Part shown: positions 33,801 through 47,760 of the stretch, piece after piece
How positions within the stretch are numbered: the first letter of the stretch is position 1
How the letters are laid out: every line of letters begins with the position of its first letter
Assembly (NCBI GenBank): GCA_973895155.1
Contig: OZ316895.1
Coordinates: 5,273,181 to 5,337,180 of the forward strand
DNA: 64,000 nt
Direction of reading: 5' to 3'
DNA from: Marsupella aquatica
Lineage: Eukaryota; Plantae; Marchantiophyta
Notes under the pieces: generated by a model
Databases searched by the model: none
What the model was told of the DNA's origin: nothing
What the model saw: only the letters and a program-made list of their open reading frames with translations
Made by a program: the position numbers and the translations under genes

Positions 33801-36800
33801 GATGATTTGTTTTTACTAAAATGGGCTTAGGTTTCTCTAGTTTTGGGTGTTATGTCCTGCTTCCCAGGTTGCGTGCATCTTATATATTTTGAAGGCCCCT
33901 TTGGGTCACCCCTCAGGAGAAGATGGGGCTAACATAGTGTAGTTGCTGATTCCAATTCTGAAGCAAGAAAACGCACTGCTGGATTTTTCATATTTTTGCT
34001 AGTGGCTAATCTTAAATTTTATATATATGTGGCCATTTCAACCGATAACGCTATTTTCCAGGGAATATTGCCTCACATAAAGATTTTACTGTTTAGAATT
34101 TGATTCACTCCAACTCCCTAAAACTGTCCCATCTTTTTTGAGTCTTCCTGTTTTTGGAATGTCACATTTTTATTTACCTCAGTATAGTACAGTAACGTAC
34201 AGGGAAGTCATAAAATGATACTCGAGCTTGGGTCGTACAATAATGGTACTGTACCGTACTGTAAGAGTAGCAGTCTAAGAAAGATGTAATGTAATCTTGG
34301 GTGAGTTTTGGGGACACAATTGACAAACATGAGAGTATGAGACTCTGAGTGGGGACATAAAGACCGTATGTACTTTGACTTGAGGACCGTATTCTTTTGG
34401 AGAAAAAGCACATCGTAGAATACTACTGGTATTTTTTGTTTCTTTTCCATAAAGAGTAAAAGGCTGCGTGTGTTGACGTAAACAATCCTGAAAACAGAGA
34501 ATACTTAGAATACTACATGACAGTGAGTTCCGTTTTGATTTTGGAGGTATTGAAACTGATGATTGAATAGGGCGTCTAAAATGTGCGTGTTTTTGTCAAC
34601 CCTATGAGAAACCTAAATCTCCAAGCCCGGTCGAAACTAAAATTTGGGAAAATTTTATCTAGAATGTTTTGGGTTTGAGTCAGGGGTTTAGCCTGTGGAT
34701 CAACTAGGGCGACCATTTTTAAGTGGGTGCTGACAATTCTTGAAGGGCGCCCACTCATGTAGAGCATACCAATGTTTGGTGTGCACTCCAGTGAATAGCA
34801 CTCTAGTCCGTGACCTGGACTGCAACATTTCATTATGGGGAAACCTCTGGGAATAGGCTGGTTTTTGAGACCCTAATGTTTCAAAATTGTTGTAGTTGAA
34901 CAAAGGACCAATTCACTAAAAGGGCCAAACAATGAAAATGGAGTAAAACCAAAAGAGGTGCAGCATAGAAAACTAACTCCAATTTGAAAGAGGACGGTAA
35001 ATGCAAACTAGAATGAAGAAAAATAAGAAATAAACATCTACAAGACCACTGCAAATTTTGCAATGATACACATCTAGTGTCATAATAGGTCTATGAGTGG
35101 GATACGGATCAGTAGAGCAGGAGAAAACTGAGGTCTCTCTCAAGAAGGAGCAACCTCACATTGGCAGAACACCGCTACAACAGACCCAACACAAAGTGTG
35201 TTGAGAGAAAGATAACAGGGAAACCAGTCCGAGCAGAAATAGAGCCAAAAAACTTATCACCAGACACCATGGCTTTTTTTGTTTTTGCTTTTTATTAGAA
35301 CACCATGAGTTTTTTTCTCCTAGAAAAGGTCAAAAGGTCACACATAAAGCACGCGATGTAACCAACCTCAATGAATGAGTCTTTTGTCTGAGGGAATAAC
35401 GCTTTTGGTCTTCCAATCAAGTTTCTTTTTCACAACAAAATTACAATGCATAAAAACAAAAATTGCAAACAGGATGGACTTTGTAGACAACTTCGCCTTC
35501 CTTTTTGGCTATTGGGTCTCCCAGGATTTCCCCGTGGTTGTCTCTCTTTTATGAAGTCTCTGGCCTATGGCATCCGTTTACGGTTAGACGCTTTTTGTTA
35601 ATTAATGGCATGGTATATCCTTTATTTAATTTATTATTATTACTTCATGTTAGTCTTGGGGCAAGCCGGGTGAAAAGTGGACTGTGAGAAGGCAGGCAAA
35701 CCAGTGAGAAGACAAGTAACCCAAAATCTGAGTAGTCCACTATTGTTTTATTGCCATGTAAGAGAAAATGCGTAACGAGGTCATTCCAGGCAACAGCAAC
35801 AAAAACGAGGGTGAGGAGTAGGGTCTTTTATCCACTTAGGGCACTCGCTTACGTGTCCTCCAAAACTGAAGGAACCGCAACAAAAGTAAATATTATGATT
35901 ACAATGATTGGCATCGTGGGTGTAGTAGTGAAGAAAGCTTTGAAAGTCCTGAGCTGTTGCTTTTAGCTCAGACACACCTTCCATTGTAAAAATGCTCACA
36001 TTGGTTCCAGTCAAAAACATGTGATCCATGGGAATCCTTACGCAGGTTCATATTTGTTAGTGGAAAAAATATTTTACCTATGGGAATCCTTTGATGTGCT
36101 CATAGTGTCAAAAAATGTTTTGAGTCATTGGAATCCTAAGGTAGAACCTTGTGGTCATGATGTGTGACTGCTTGCATGGCTTGTCAAACCTTAGTCAAGT
36201 GATATGCTCTATTCGCTGGAACTGTTTATTTTATAAAGGCAACGGTGCACCCCATGTACTCCAAACATCTGTTGCAGGAAAGACCAGTTAGGCACAGAGA
36301 AAAAATATCCAAGGGGTCAAAGCACACAACTACGATGCATCACAGCACTGGGAAACACCTTGGACCCCAGGAACACCCAAGAAACACCAATTAACAGCTT
36401 TGGGCTGGGGGTGACATGACAGGAATCCAGTAACTCTCCTCAGGCTTGTAGATAGGGTGAATGGACCCATCCTCCCTGACCATTGTATTACCATAGTGAT
36501 ACACTGGAACTTGTTTCCCCTGACAGAGTGTCATTATATCAACAAAACTTAGCCATGCAGGAGGGTTTTCCCCACATGAGATTTTGGGCCACTTCTGTGG
36601 CCCCAATTCTCCAGTGGGATGTCCATCCCCCATTTCTTGTTTAATGAACAAAACCTTAGCCATCAAGCAAATGCTTTTTCAGGGACCATGGATATTTGTT
36701 TGCTGGTTACAACACTGAGAAGAATCAGGGAGATTTGTTTCAAAAAGGTCAGCCCAAGTCAGGAAACCTTTTTCAGGGACCTGGATATTTGTAGTTGGTT

Positions 36801-36813
36801 ACCTTAGGGTTCT

Positions 36814-37394
36814 CAAACTTCAAACTTTTTTATTTTTTTTTTATTTTTTTAAATTTAAAAATAAATTTCATCTTTATTCCGCGTGAACCCCACGGATGAG
36901 GGAACCAGCAGGCCCAAGGCAAAAGGGCCACAAGGCCAAAAAGGACAACAACAGATGCACCTTGCATACCAGAGGGGAACAACACCACAAGACCAATCCC
37001 GAGCCAATTCAGGAGCTAAGCAATAATCTTAATACTCCATGCAACAGTGTTCAGCCAAATCAGCATATGATTAAATCATCATATGAACAACAGAGCATCG
37101 AAGTATCTAAATGGGTCCCTACATTAGGTGAAGATCATTCACCGTCATGATCCTGTCAGATTCACTGGTCATTGGGATGTTAGTTTCTGTACCCTACCCC
37201 TAAGTAGCCTACGTTGCTCTGCCTCCACCATAGTCCTAGCCTGGGAAAGCCGCCCAATCTTAAGGCCAGAGCAAGATGAAGCAGCCACAGCTGACAGGTG
37301 ATCAATAGTCTCCGTGCAGATATTAATCTGATCAAAAACGCGGTGTCTGGTCCGATCAAACGTCTGGCCATTCCTGGCACAAACTTCAAACTTT
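36814..37394 (-). mobile_element. 5'-truncated non-LTR retroinsertion with poly(A) tail and 15-bp TSD
   Basis: TSD CAAACTTCAAACTTT at 36814-36828 and 37380-37394; poly(T) on the plus strand at ~36826-36850; AATAAA on the minus strand just upstream of the tail. Confidence 0.8.
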
Positions 37395-37569
37395 GATGGA
37401 CCTTAATTTAGAAAATTATATGGACTACAAAATTCATAATTCTCAAGTTTTTGTCAAAAACAATTGGTCATATGTCATGATCATAAATAGTTTAGAGGCT
37501 AGTGGACACAAAATTTTAAAAGAATTACATGACCTTGAGAAAAAGCTGCTGCTTTATGGCCAAAAAGCC

Positions 37570-37910
37570 ATCAATGACTACAAAGCTTTCATAAGCCCTA
37601 AATAATAGACCTAACTGCAAAGTCACCTAGAAGGAAAGTTGTGACCGTATTTGTATGTCTCAGTTATTTTATTGCATACCCTGATTCCAATTCAACTGGA
37701 TATTCTTCGAGGAGGTGGTTTTGTCTGTGATCAATAACTATAAAGCTTTCATATGCCCTAAATAATAGACCTAACTGCAAAGTCACCTATCAGGAAAGTT
37801 GTGACTGTATTAGCCGTTTATACAGTATTGGTATGTCTCAGTTATTTTATTGCATACCCTGATTCCAATTCAATGGATATTCTTCGAGGCGGTGGTTTTG
37901 TCTGTGATCC
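37570..37910. repeat. ~160-180-bp imperfect tandem duplication
   Basis: The block AAAGCTTTCATA.GCCCTAAATAATAGACCTAACTGCAAAGTCACC...GGTGGTTTTGTCTGTGATC occurs twice. Confidence 0.85.
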
Positions 37911-40900
37911 CAACTTCCTAAAAGATGTTGACTAATCAGAATCTCTCTTTTCCAGAATTGCGGCAGTTCAATTATTAATCAATTTCTAACTTCATCGTCA
38001 TTATCTTACTAATATCATTACTAATATTAAAACAATTTTGGCAAGAGACAGCACATTAAAAAAACATAAAACACTGCCAAAGGAACAATTCAAACAAAAC
38101 TATTGGTGAAGAGTGGTTCTTGTGAGATGAACTAGAATTTAAGTTATTGCATTCATCTGCACCGACATCCCCATGAGCTGGGATCCTTTTTCCTTGGCTT
38201 GATTCTGACCTCATGTTGGATAAGCAAGAATCTAAACCCCAGTTTTAGTCTGAAGGGGTTCAGTCAAAGTGATATACTAGACTTTTTTTAATTTATTTTC
38301 AAGGATAAACCCATCAGAAACTGTACTATTTTTTGTGGACAGATGGGAATCCCATTTCTTGTCATTGATCACTTGCCAGCATTGCCATGCATGCCCCCCA
38401 CCTACATATAGTTTTTCCCCACCTATTGTATAGATTAGACCCTCTGCTCCAAACGTTCTTCTAGATTCGCATTTCCCACTCACCTGCCCCAAATGTCCAG
38501 CATATAACCTATTGCTTTCTTACCTGGATCCCAAGTCACCCATGACCTAGCTTCTCCACAAAACCATAACTCTCTTCCATCTATCTAATAATATAGCGCC
38601 ATCAAAAGTTATGATAAGAGCCTACTAAAGTGCAGCCTCTAGACCTTGACTGGGGCACAGGTCTGGTTGGGGGTGGAATTATAAATGGGAATTATTGGTA
38701 CTCACCTTAAATTTATGAGTTTTGATCAGGCATTCAGGCTAGTACTTTAATAAATTATTTGGCCCTTGCCCACACTAACAGAATGACGAAAGCCTTACTT
38801 AACATCTAGGGTCCAGAGTGAAGTCTGACTCTGAGTCCACAGGTACATTTGGGGGTGGAATTGGAAGACATAATTGGTACTCACCATCATCTCATTCAAG
38901 CATTCACGCTACTGTAGTACTTTCATAAAATATTTGGCACTAGCCCACACTGACTGTGTGACCACTGTGACATCAGGTAGGCTCCATAGAGCGTGTCCCA
39001 CAATATTGGTCCCCACCCATTGTACCATCGTGTACATATTACTCACCTGTTCATTCATGGAACTGACAAATTGTGCGGAGGCTCCACTTTTTCAATGAAT
39101 CAGAGAATTGCTCTGCGGCAGAGAGGGGTTAGTTTGGACAGCACTTGATTTGTTTTTATTTTACTCACATTATTTGTCGACTGGAAATGAATCATTTTAT
39201 TGTATATAATTTTTTTGACGGGCTTGTAGGGTTCCCTTCATCACTACGTTAAGAGCTTTCTCGGAACTTGTTCATTCTCACAAGTTTCTCATTTTTGTTT
39301 TGAAAACGTTTATTTCTATTGCTTTTTTTTGGAATACATCCTCGACTGACCAATAAATCACAATATAGAAAACAATGAACCCAGAAACTAAGTTAGGAAT
39401 TTCCTCCTTCACGTGTTCATTTCTCAAAATTTACTTATGTCTTGTTTTATTTTTGAAAACATGCCTTAATGACCAATAATTTGCATTCTAGGAAACAATC
39501 AACCCATAAGGGGACAAGCCAGGAAGTTTTACAAGACAAGACTCATCCTGCCTGGAGACCAATGTAACTAATGATTCAGAGTTTAAAGCTACACTTTGGA
39601 ACCTATGGTCTAAAGTGAAGTGGGTGGTGATAAATTTAGAGGTGAGGTGACAGGTGAGGCACAAATCTGCAGTACTGAACAAATCTCGGGAAGTCAGGCA
39701 AACATTGAACCCAGCCTCCTGAACAAACATAAGAAACCACTGATTTCAGAAAAATCTTTAACTAGACTAGAAACTGCCATAAAAAACTCCTGATCTCGGT
39801 AATATTTTGAACTAGAATAGATAACCAGTGCCCGGATTACAACAAGAGAAATAACTCTTGATTTTCTCACAAATATCTGAATCACTAAAATCCACCATTT
39901 TAAGTGAGGCTTCTGAAATTTCCCACCAAATTATTAGGCGCCAAAATGGCAGAGGTCATGTATTTGAGGGAAAGTTAGGTGACAACGTGGGCTTCCTGAA
40001 TTTTGCAACCATATTATTCCTTTCGTTTCAAAACATACCTGGCTTAACTGACGTGAACGTATCGTATGTAGGTCGATTCTGACTGTATAGGACCATTGAT
40101 CGAAGTCTGAAACTCAGGGAAACGACGTGTTCTTCTTTCTGTACTAAGAATCGTGGGTTAATGTTTCCAGGAACTCTAACTAGTAGAGCAAGCTCCGGGA
40201 CAAGTCTATTTAATTGCTGCTAATTTATTGCGTTTGGAGACGAATCTATGCTTATTTCGACTGTTTCCAACATCTTGCTCTACTAGTTTTAGGTTTTCAG
40301 GGACCGATCGGATTCTGGCTACTTGGGTGGAACTTGCTAACTCAGCTGACGGGTTTCAGGGAAAGACGGCATGCACTTGCTAGTTGGAAGAGACTGAACG
40401 GAAACAAGATCTTCCAGTACTTCACAGAGGAACTCCACTGCATTTCGAAACCACAAATGACTTCTAGACATCATCATCATCATGGTTCTGAAAAACGAGA
40501 GATTTGGTGATCTCAAAGGAGCTAAGCACAGACCCATGATGTACTCCTCTCGGACCTTATCTCAAACGTACAACTAGGCTATAGCATCGAAACAAGATGA
40601 CGAAGTATCACTACTAGTCACTCTATCAACACAACCGCCGGTGAATGCAATACAAATAAATACGGAACTCGGGCTGTCTATTGTTTTGCAAACCAAACAA
40701 AGTTCGAATCAATCAGCTTCAAACAGACTGCCCATTCCTCTATTGCATTTCCCCCATATAAGACTGTTGCGTCGAGGCAAATGTCTCAAGATGTCCGAAG
40801 CCTCTCCAAGACAGGAAGCAAGAGTAGGGGAATCAAGCTAGACTTGTACCAGATGGAAGATAGCCCCACATGATCATCATACTAGACAATAAGCCAAAGT

Positions 40901-41615
40901 CCCCTGTAACTTCAGGTTTCAATTAACAGAAGCTAGGGAATCACTTTACACTGGTCTGCAGAGATGTACATCTTCATCTAGAAGAAAAAGCCTCGGCCGT
41001 TGACGGCCAACTTAGAAAGAATTAATCGACAGGCTAGAAAAATCATCCTTCGGATGCTGGCAACAGGCTACAGAATTAAGATACCCTAGACAACGTCTTA
41101 AAAACATTTCAACATGAAGAATGGAACTTCATCTCTAGCACAAACAAAACCATTATGAATGTTGTCCAACACCTTCCGGATGTGCTGAATATGCATGCAC
41201 CTACAGAGCATCTGTTGCCCAAAGTGGATTGAAGCATTTCTGTATACACAAGTCCTTCCTTGCCAAGTAGTGAGGACCTCTTCGCTCTTCCAAGTATGGG
41301 TGAAGTTGGGAAATACAAGCAACTGTGCTAACCTGCATGAGGCTGAAATGAGATCCCAAATTAGAACCATGAGAACTTTTTAAAAGCGGATCTCAGTTTA
41401 CACCGGCTACAGTCGTCCACATATAAGAGCTTAATTTACAACGTAAGTATATTTTCAAAACACGTTCAGCTATAGTTTATGTCAACTAAAGGTACGAAAT
41501 CTCTTGGCGACTGAAAAGATAAACGCGCTTCGTATAGCAAGTACGGTAAAATCTCATAATCAATGGGTCCAGGACCAATCAATGACGGTCTCCAGTAAAA
41601 CTACTCACTTTTCTA

Positions 41616-44600
41616 CTATACTCCAGTTGCATAAAGTCGAGTCCACTCTTTTGCTGCTCCCCATCAAACCCAACTAGGATTAGTCGGAAGCCCAGAAGGC
41701 ACTGATGCATTTGTAAGCAGTGTTGCAGCAAAGACATAAAATATTCCACCAAATAAGGCGTTGGGAACATTAAGTTTCAATATTACGTAGCCCTTCGTTA
41801 TATCGCACATATACTTCGTTTAAAAATACGCGCAATGATATGATCGGATTAAGTGAGGGAATCAAGCAGACATCAAATCATCAAGAATGTGGTGGGTCAA
41901 ACCCTTCCGCTTTTCCGACCACGAGCATGACTGTAATCCATGACGTATACTCTGCAAAGTGTCCTACGACATCATGCAGCAAGATCACGGCGCATTGCAC
42001 TCTTTATGAAACTAACTGGTTTAACGGTGGCTTTGACCATTTTTACTGAGTAAAGCTTATCAAACTAAGCTGAATTAGTTGAGAGTCCTTAACATACTGT
42101 TTACTTGCCCGGCGTACTTCACTGACAACTGCCTATTAACTTGAAGTTATGCTCTCTTGATTCCCAAACTTTCCTCTGAATAACAATAAGACTCCGATCG
42201 TCCTCAGGACAATGTCATCGCAAAAATGTTGCTTAAAACTACAATCCAGATCCCAGGTAGCTTTGTAATCAATCACAAGTTGCCAACACACAACAAAAAG
42301 TATGCAGAATCGCATTAAAATCTCAATCACATGGTGGCTCACAAACCTGTTGCAACGGCTTGGGCTTCATCTGTCTTCCAATGCTTGGCAATATTTTCAG
42401 CAAGAGGATCGTCAGGGTTTGGAGCACTTAAAAGTGCCTGAATGCTGCATACAGAAAAAACGATAACCCTTAACAACCTTCCCTGAACTTTCAATGACTT
42501 ACCTTCACAAGGCCTCTAGACTCTAGCGCCAAGTCTGCTTCGTAAAGTGTAGTTCACTGATATGATAGCATCAAATGAGCACCTCACCTTAGTAGAACCG
42601 TACGAATTTGCAGAGCAGGGCTCCACTTGTCCTTCAAGATGTCCAAACAAATTCGACCCAACTACAACCAGAAAGGAGTTACCTAGTCAATGATATGACT
42701 ACAAAAATATCAGTGTACATGATCCTATCAGTCCACAAAAGAATCACTTAACTTTAAGACTACTTTTGATGGGATACTTTTGACGGTCAGAAGAGTTTTT
42801 CTGACTTCCGTATTTGGTCTACATACAATGTCAGCTAATCACTTCAGCCACTATTTATTACCAGCCGTTTCTGGGTCAGCAAAATTTGGTGAAGGGCTAA
42901 TACCTTATCGATATTTGGATGGTAAATCTTTGTTAAGAATCGCACCTGTTGAAAGACCCATGTCAGCAACTACAAAAATACGGAACAAAATATACCGCTA
43001 TCTCCCGCCAAGAACTCCCACCAAAAGTCTGTGGAATAGATTGCATTCTTTCCAAACCATGTATCCAACAGCCTGTAGACTTTCAAAAGTGCAGTGACCC
43101 TAACATCATTCCTGTAAATTAAGCAGCAGAAAGACGAAGAAACCTCTTTCACAAAGATATCTGCAGATATCTCATGACTGCCACGAATTAGCATGCTCTT
43201 AACATGAGACCAATATCTTGTCTGGATTAAGTTTGAGCAAAGATTCTCCGAAGAGTTGTATTCATCTTTGTATTTCCAAGGAGAGGTTAACACAGGATTT
43301 GCTGTTGCCTGTACTCGAGTATTATCACATCTAAAATCCTACTAACGATGTTCCCAAAAATATTAAACAATAGTACGTCAGAGAGTGCACTACAAGCGTC
43401 TTTTGCGGGCATGTCCCACATCAGGAGACCACCTACCGGGAATCTAATCTGAATCAGGCATCTTGAGTGAAAACAAACTACCAGGAGCATCTTCTATGAG
43501 CAAGATATCTCCTGACTGCCACCTATCACCAAGCTCTAAATGCAGGACCGAAATCTTCTCTGAATTAAAATTTATCACAAATTCTCTAAAGATATTGTAT
43601 TTGTCTTTAGTTCCCGAGAATATGCCCTTCTCCATTCATTATACTACAGTAGTATATTTACAAAGAACTTGGTTGTCAGAAGTATAAAAACTGAAGACAG
43701 TATTCGGATGTTCCAAGCATTTTACCAACCATAAGTCAGACGGTTCGATAGCAGCGACTTACGAAACAGTCTCATACAAGTTAAGAAGCTACCAAGTCCA
43801 TTTGCTAAATTACCAAAAGACATCTCAAAGAAAACGCAGCTTCTAAGTTCATGGGAACAAAAATTGAGAAAACGGGCTCACAGTCTATTTTGAGCAAAAA
43901 TCCTATGTCCAAAAAGGGTAGACTGAGAATGATGGGATTTCTAAATTGAGAAATGAGTCTATACGGACAGTCAATTCTTGATCAAAAAAGCCCATGATCT
44001 CCAAAAACTACGAACAGAAATTACATCACAACCACACTAAACCAACGAGTGACCACGTTGAACCAAGTCTTCCCCACTTTTTGGATGAGGGAGACAGATG
44101 CCATGGGGTGAAATTTTCACCTAGCCTATGCAGAGGACAGTAAGGCCCTCCATCAACTGTTCAGATGGATAATAAAGAAGAACATATTAAGCTTCACCGC
44201 ACCCAATAATCTGTTGCTCGATCTTCATCCCAAACCCAAGTTGCAATATATTTGATGTGGTGTTATGTCAGAATCGGTTATAGAGTTGATCAAATTCATA
44301 TACCAACCTTAGGAGCGGCCATCGGATATTCTTCAGGTAAGAACAGCTCCAACTTGAAGACACCCCCTGCAAAAATAGGGAGGATCCCTTAAATTCGATT
44401 TACGGAAAGAGAGGACTTCAATCATAACATGTCATCACCAGTCACACAGAAGGGGAATCACAATAATTACTCCCTCCGCCCCACCTTAGATACAAAAGGG
44501 ATATCAGCTAACTGGTCCAACGAATAAGAATTTCAAATAACAATCTCTAGTAAGCCAGTACTGATATCATAAGATATCAGTAAAACCAAGCTGACCAAAC

Positions 44601-46040
44601 GAGTCGTGGGATAAATTTGATGACATCATTGTTCTGAATATGTTACTACAATAAGAAAGTTATCAGTAAAACGAAAGCTCTCCAGAAACGGGTTTTCTTA
44701 AACTAGTAAATCGTTGATAACTCGCTTAGTTTTTCGGGAATTTGGACAGTTCTGCATCTCCGGTGGGTCGGAGGTAGTATTTGACAAGTTTCCAGAAAAC
44801 GAGATATTCATTGCCCTGTCACTAACTTCCCTGCGCAACACCATCCACAGAGTACTCTACATTCACGTTGTCGTACAACTATTCCTGAAAACTAATCGCT
44901 CCTAGCCGCCCTCCAATATAGTTATAAAAGTGGAAGTAAACTAACTTCGGAGTAGAGCTGTAGTTTGCAAATCATGCCTAGTACAGGATTTTCTGTTTCT
45001 GAGAAACTTCTAGAATAAATCAGCTCTAGATCAACTTCCGCGGAACCCTAAATCAAACCATGAAAGGTAGAAACACGTGCAAGATCTAACATTCGCAGTA
45101 GACTTCATCCAATAGAATTCTTTTCATGAGGACAACATGCAAAATCTCGTCTGCTTCAAGCAACAGATACGAAACCCTAAGTTTTAGGGTAACTACGTCG
45201 TGAGCGTATCTGAAAATTGTATTTCATAACTCCCTTATCAGAGACGCCCGGGACAACTGGGGTCAGTATGTAAATAGTGACAATTACATACCTTCGAAAG
45301 GCGATTGAGTCGGCCCAAGAATCATGACATTGAAGTACCGCAGATTCTCCTCCGAAGGGGACGCACTGATACCAGGGGCTGATCACAAACGCAGAGACAA
45401 CAGTTAGAAGGGAATCCCCACCTTTCCAGGCATCACTTGGACATGAAAGTCCGTAACCAAAAATCATTTCCATTGAATTTCGAATCGTCTTCGACTGTTA
45501 ACCCATATGCACCCCAAAATAGACCATGGATCCGCTACCCATTGCAGCACCCAGGGCTACGCAGAGACGTATACTAGATTCACGTTGAGTACGCGGCTGG
45601 GTGGAGACCCAACTAGACTTGGCGGATCAGTCACAGACAGTAGCAAACCTCCGCAAAAATGAAATGGAGTGTAGATAGAATATCCACAAGGGAAGCAGAA
45701 GGAGCAGAGATTTACCTGGTTCACTAAGCAACCGTTGCGTTTCCTGAATTTCATCACAACACCACCCAAAACCCCACTTTCTAAGTCAGTCCGCACAAGA
45801 CACAAAAACAAGCTGAGCTAACGAAAATACGAGAGGAAACTTTCAGCTAATAACAGAAACCTGACATCATCCTGGGACACGAAATTGAAACTAACGCGTC
45901 CGCCCGTCCATCCCATAACCCTAATGATTAGCCAAAGCCAGACATTCTGGGAGGAGTAACAAAATCCACATCCGATACGACCCAAATGGCACCTTAATGA
46001 TCCTCCGAGGTAAGTTGCTATTGGCCGTAGCTGCCGACAT
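41616..46040 (-). CDS. UBC13: Ubiquitin-conjugating enzyme E2 UBC13 (UBC35/36-like), 157 aa, 8 coding exons
   Basis: Exons 46040-45993, 45743-45716, 45378-45292, 44366-44308, 42945-42904, 42661-42588, 42444-42347 and 41653-41616, all GT-AG, total 474 nt. Reads [23 protein letters not shown]...[46 protein letters not shown]...AKEWTRLYA. Confidence 0.97.
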
Positions 46041-46376
46041 ATTGCAATATCACGGGGTCTTCCCAGGTCGCCGCCCACCTCCACCCCACGAGTCCGTTTT
46101 CGTCCCTCCTCGCGCCTCTTCTAGATCTCCCTCTCTGCCACCACCCTCCCCCCAGGGCGAGCTCCCGCCACGCCCCCACAACCCTCTCTCCCTCTCTGTC
46201 TCTCTCTGATTGAATCTCAACCTCTCGCACTTCGCTCTCTCGGGGAGAACTCTCTCTCCAGATCCGTTTTCCTCTCCTCCTCTGCACGGAAATAGGACCT
46301 AGTCTCAAATTGTGGGCTACACGAGCGCAGCGAACACTACTAATCCCAGCCACCACCACCACCACCAGGAATCACT

Positions 46377-46800
46377 CGCCTGCCTGCCTGCCTGCCTGCC
46401 TGCCTGCTCGCTCCCTCGTGGATTGAATTGCGAGCGAGGCTGACTGAGCCACCAGAAGCCCAAAACGCATGCAGGTTGGCAGAGCGAAGGAAGGAGGGCG
46501 CGATGGCAGATTCAACTTGCTGCGATTTCTTGCCTCCCTTACGTTGCGTAGCTCCTCTCCTCTCCTCTCCTCGCCTCTCCTTGCTATATGCTACTACGCT
46601 TCCGCTTTGCCTCGCCAGCAAGAAAAAGGAGACAGACCCAGAGAGACTGCGAGAGAGCGAGAGGAAGGGACAGAAGTGTGTCTGCGAGAGAGAGAGAGAG
46701 CGAGAGCGAGGTAAGGGAGGAGTAAACTTTGGGTCGCTTGTTCGTTCGTTCGTTCGAACGTTGGTTCGTTCGTTCGAAAGTTGGTTCGTTCGTTCGTCCG
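46377..46800. repeat. Microsatellites (CCTG)n, (GA)n and (TTCG)n in the UBC13 5' region
   Basis: GCCT runs at ~46378-46406, GA run at ~46686-46700, TTCG runs at ~46740-46797. Confidence 0.85.
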
Positions 46801-47398
46801 TATGAATGTGCGAACGTTCGTTCCTAAACTTATTTACGGTAAAGGGCTGTGTAAGGAAGGAATTAGTGGGGCGTCTCAAAGCTTCATAGTTAGGGGTGAT
46901 AAGGAAGGAATTAGTGGGGCTTCTCAAAGTGAGAAGCTTCGTACTGTTGTTAGGGAGGAGGGCTTTAGGAGGTGCATGTTAGAATTAGTTACTAAGATTT
47001 CTTAAAGCTTCATAATTAAGAATGATGGTTTTTGGAGGACCATGTTAGAATTAGTTAGTAGGACACGCTGCATAGATGTGTATGGTGGTTTTGGGCAGTA
47101 AGCAAATGGCCATAACTTTTTCACATGGTTATGTAAACAATTTGGTTTTCCTTTTCACTTGCCTCTACCGTGACTTATGGTCATAGCATATGACCAATGT
47201 TTGTGACAAATAGTTATGGATCATGAATTTGGTAGTCCGTAACATTTTCTGTCCCTAACCTTAACCTAGTAGTTGAGGTCCATCAAATTTTGAGTTTTGA
47301 GACCCCCTAGTAGTGTATGTTGTTTCCCACAAATGGAAGTATTTGAAGTTCTTGAGGCAACCAAAGAGCCTCATCTAGGCATTCATTATGTACTCTGT

Positions 47399-47760
47399 TT
47401 GGAGAGTGAAGCTCTAGGCCATAATTTCTCTGATAACAGGAGAATAGATATTTACACTATGCTTGTGAGTAGGGATGGACATTGGGAGTCTGGGTACAAG
47501 AAGCCCTTCCTCTGCATGTGCATGGGTCTTGGGGCTAGTTTGTTTGTCCATTCATTTAGGGTCTAATTTGTGATCAAAGTTATTCTTCATGACCTATGCT
47601 GGAGAGTGAAGCTCTAGGCCATAATCTCTCTGATAACAGGGAAATATTGATGTGTAAACTATGCTCACAAGTAGGGATGGGTATGTGGAGTCTGGGTACA
47701 TGAGCCCTTCCTGTGAACACATGTGTCTTGGGGCTAGTTTGTTTGTCCATTCAATTAGGG
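47399..47760. repeat. ~200-bp imperfect tandem duplication
   Basis: TGGAGAGTGAAGCTCTAGGCCATAAT...GGGGCTAGTTTGTTTGTCCATTCA occurs at ~47400 and ~47600. Confidence 0.8.

Noticed and set aside
32600-35700. Possible solo LTR, MITEs or ncRNA in this intergenic stretch
   Set aside because: Looks repeat-derived, but no TIR, TSD, TG..CA pair or RNA family motif could be pinned down.
44610-44640. Box C/D snoRNA in a UBC13 intron (TGATGA...CTGA)
   Set aside because: The boxes are only ~10 nt apart, leaving no room for a guide, and they are antisense to the host gene.
46340-46927. 195-aa and 125-aa ORFs upstream of UBC13
   Set aside because: Made of microsatellite translation in 5' UTR/promoter sequence.
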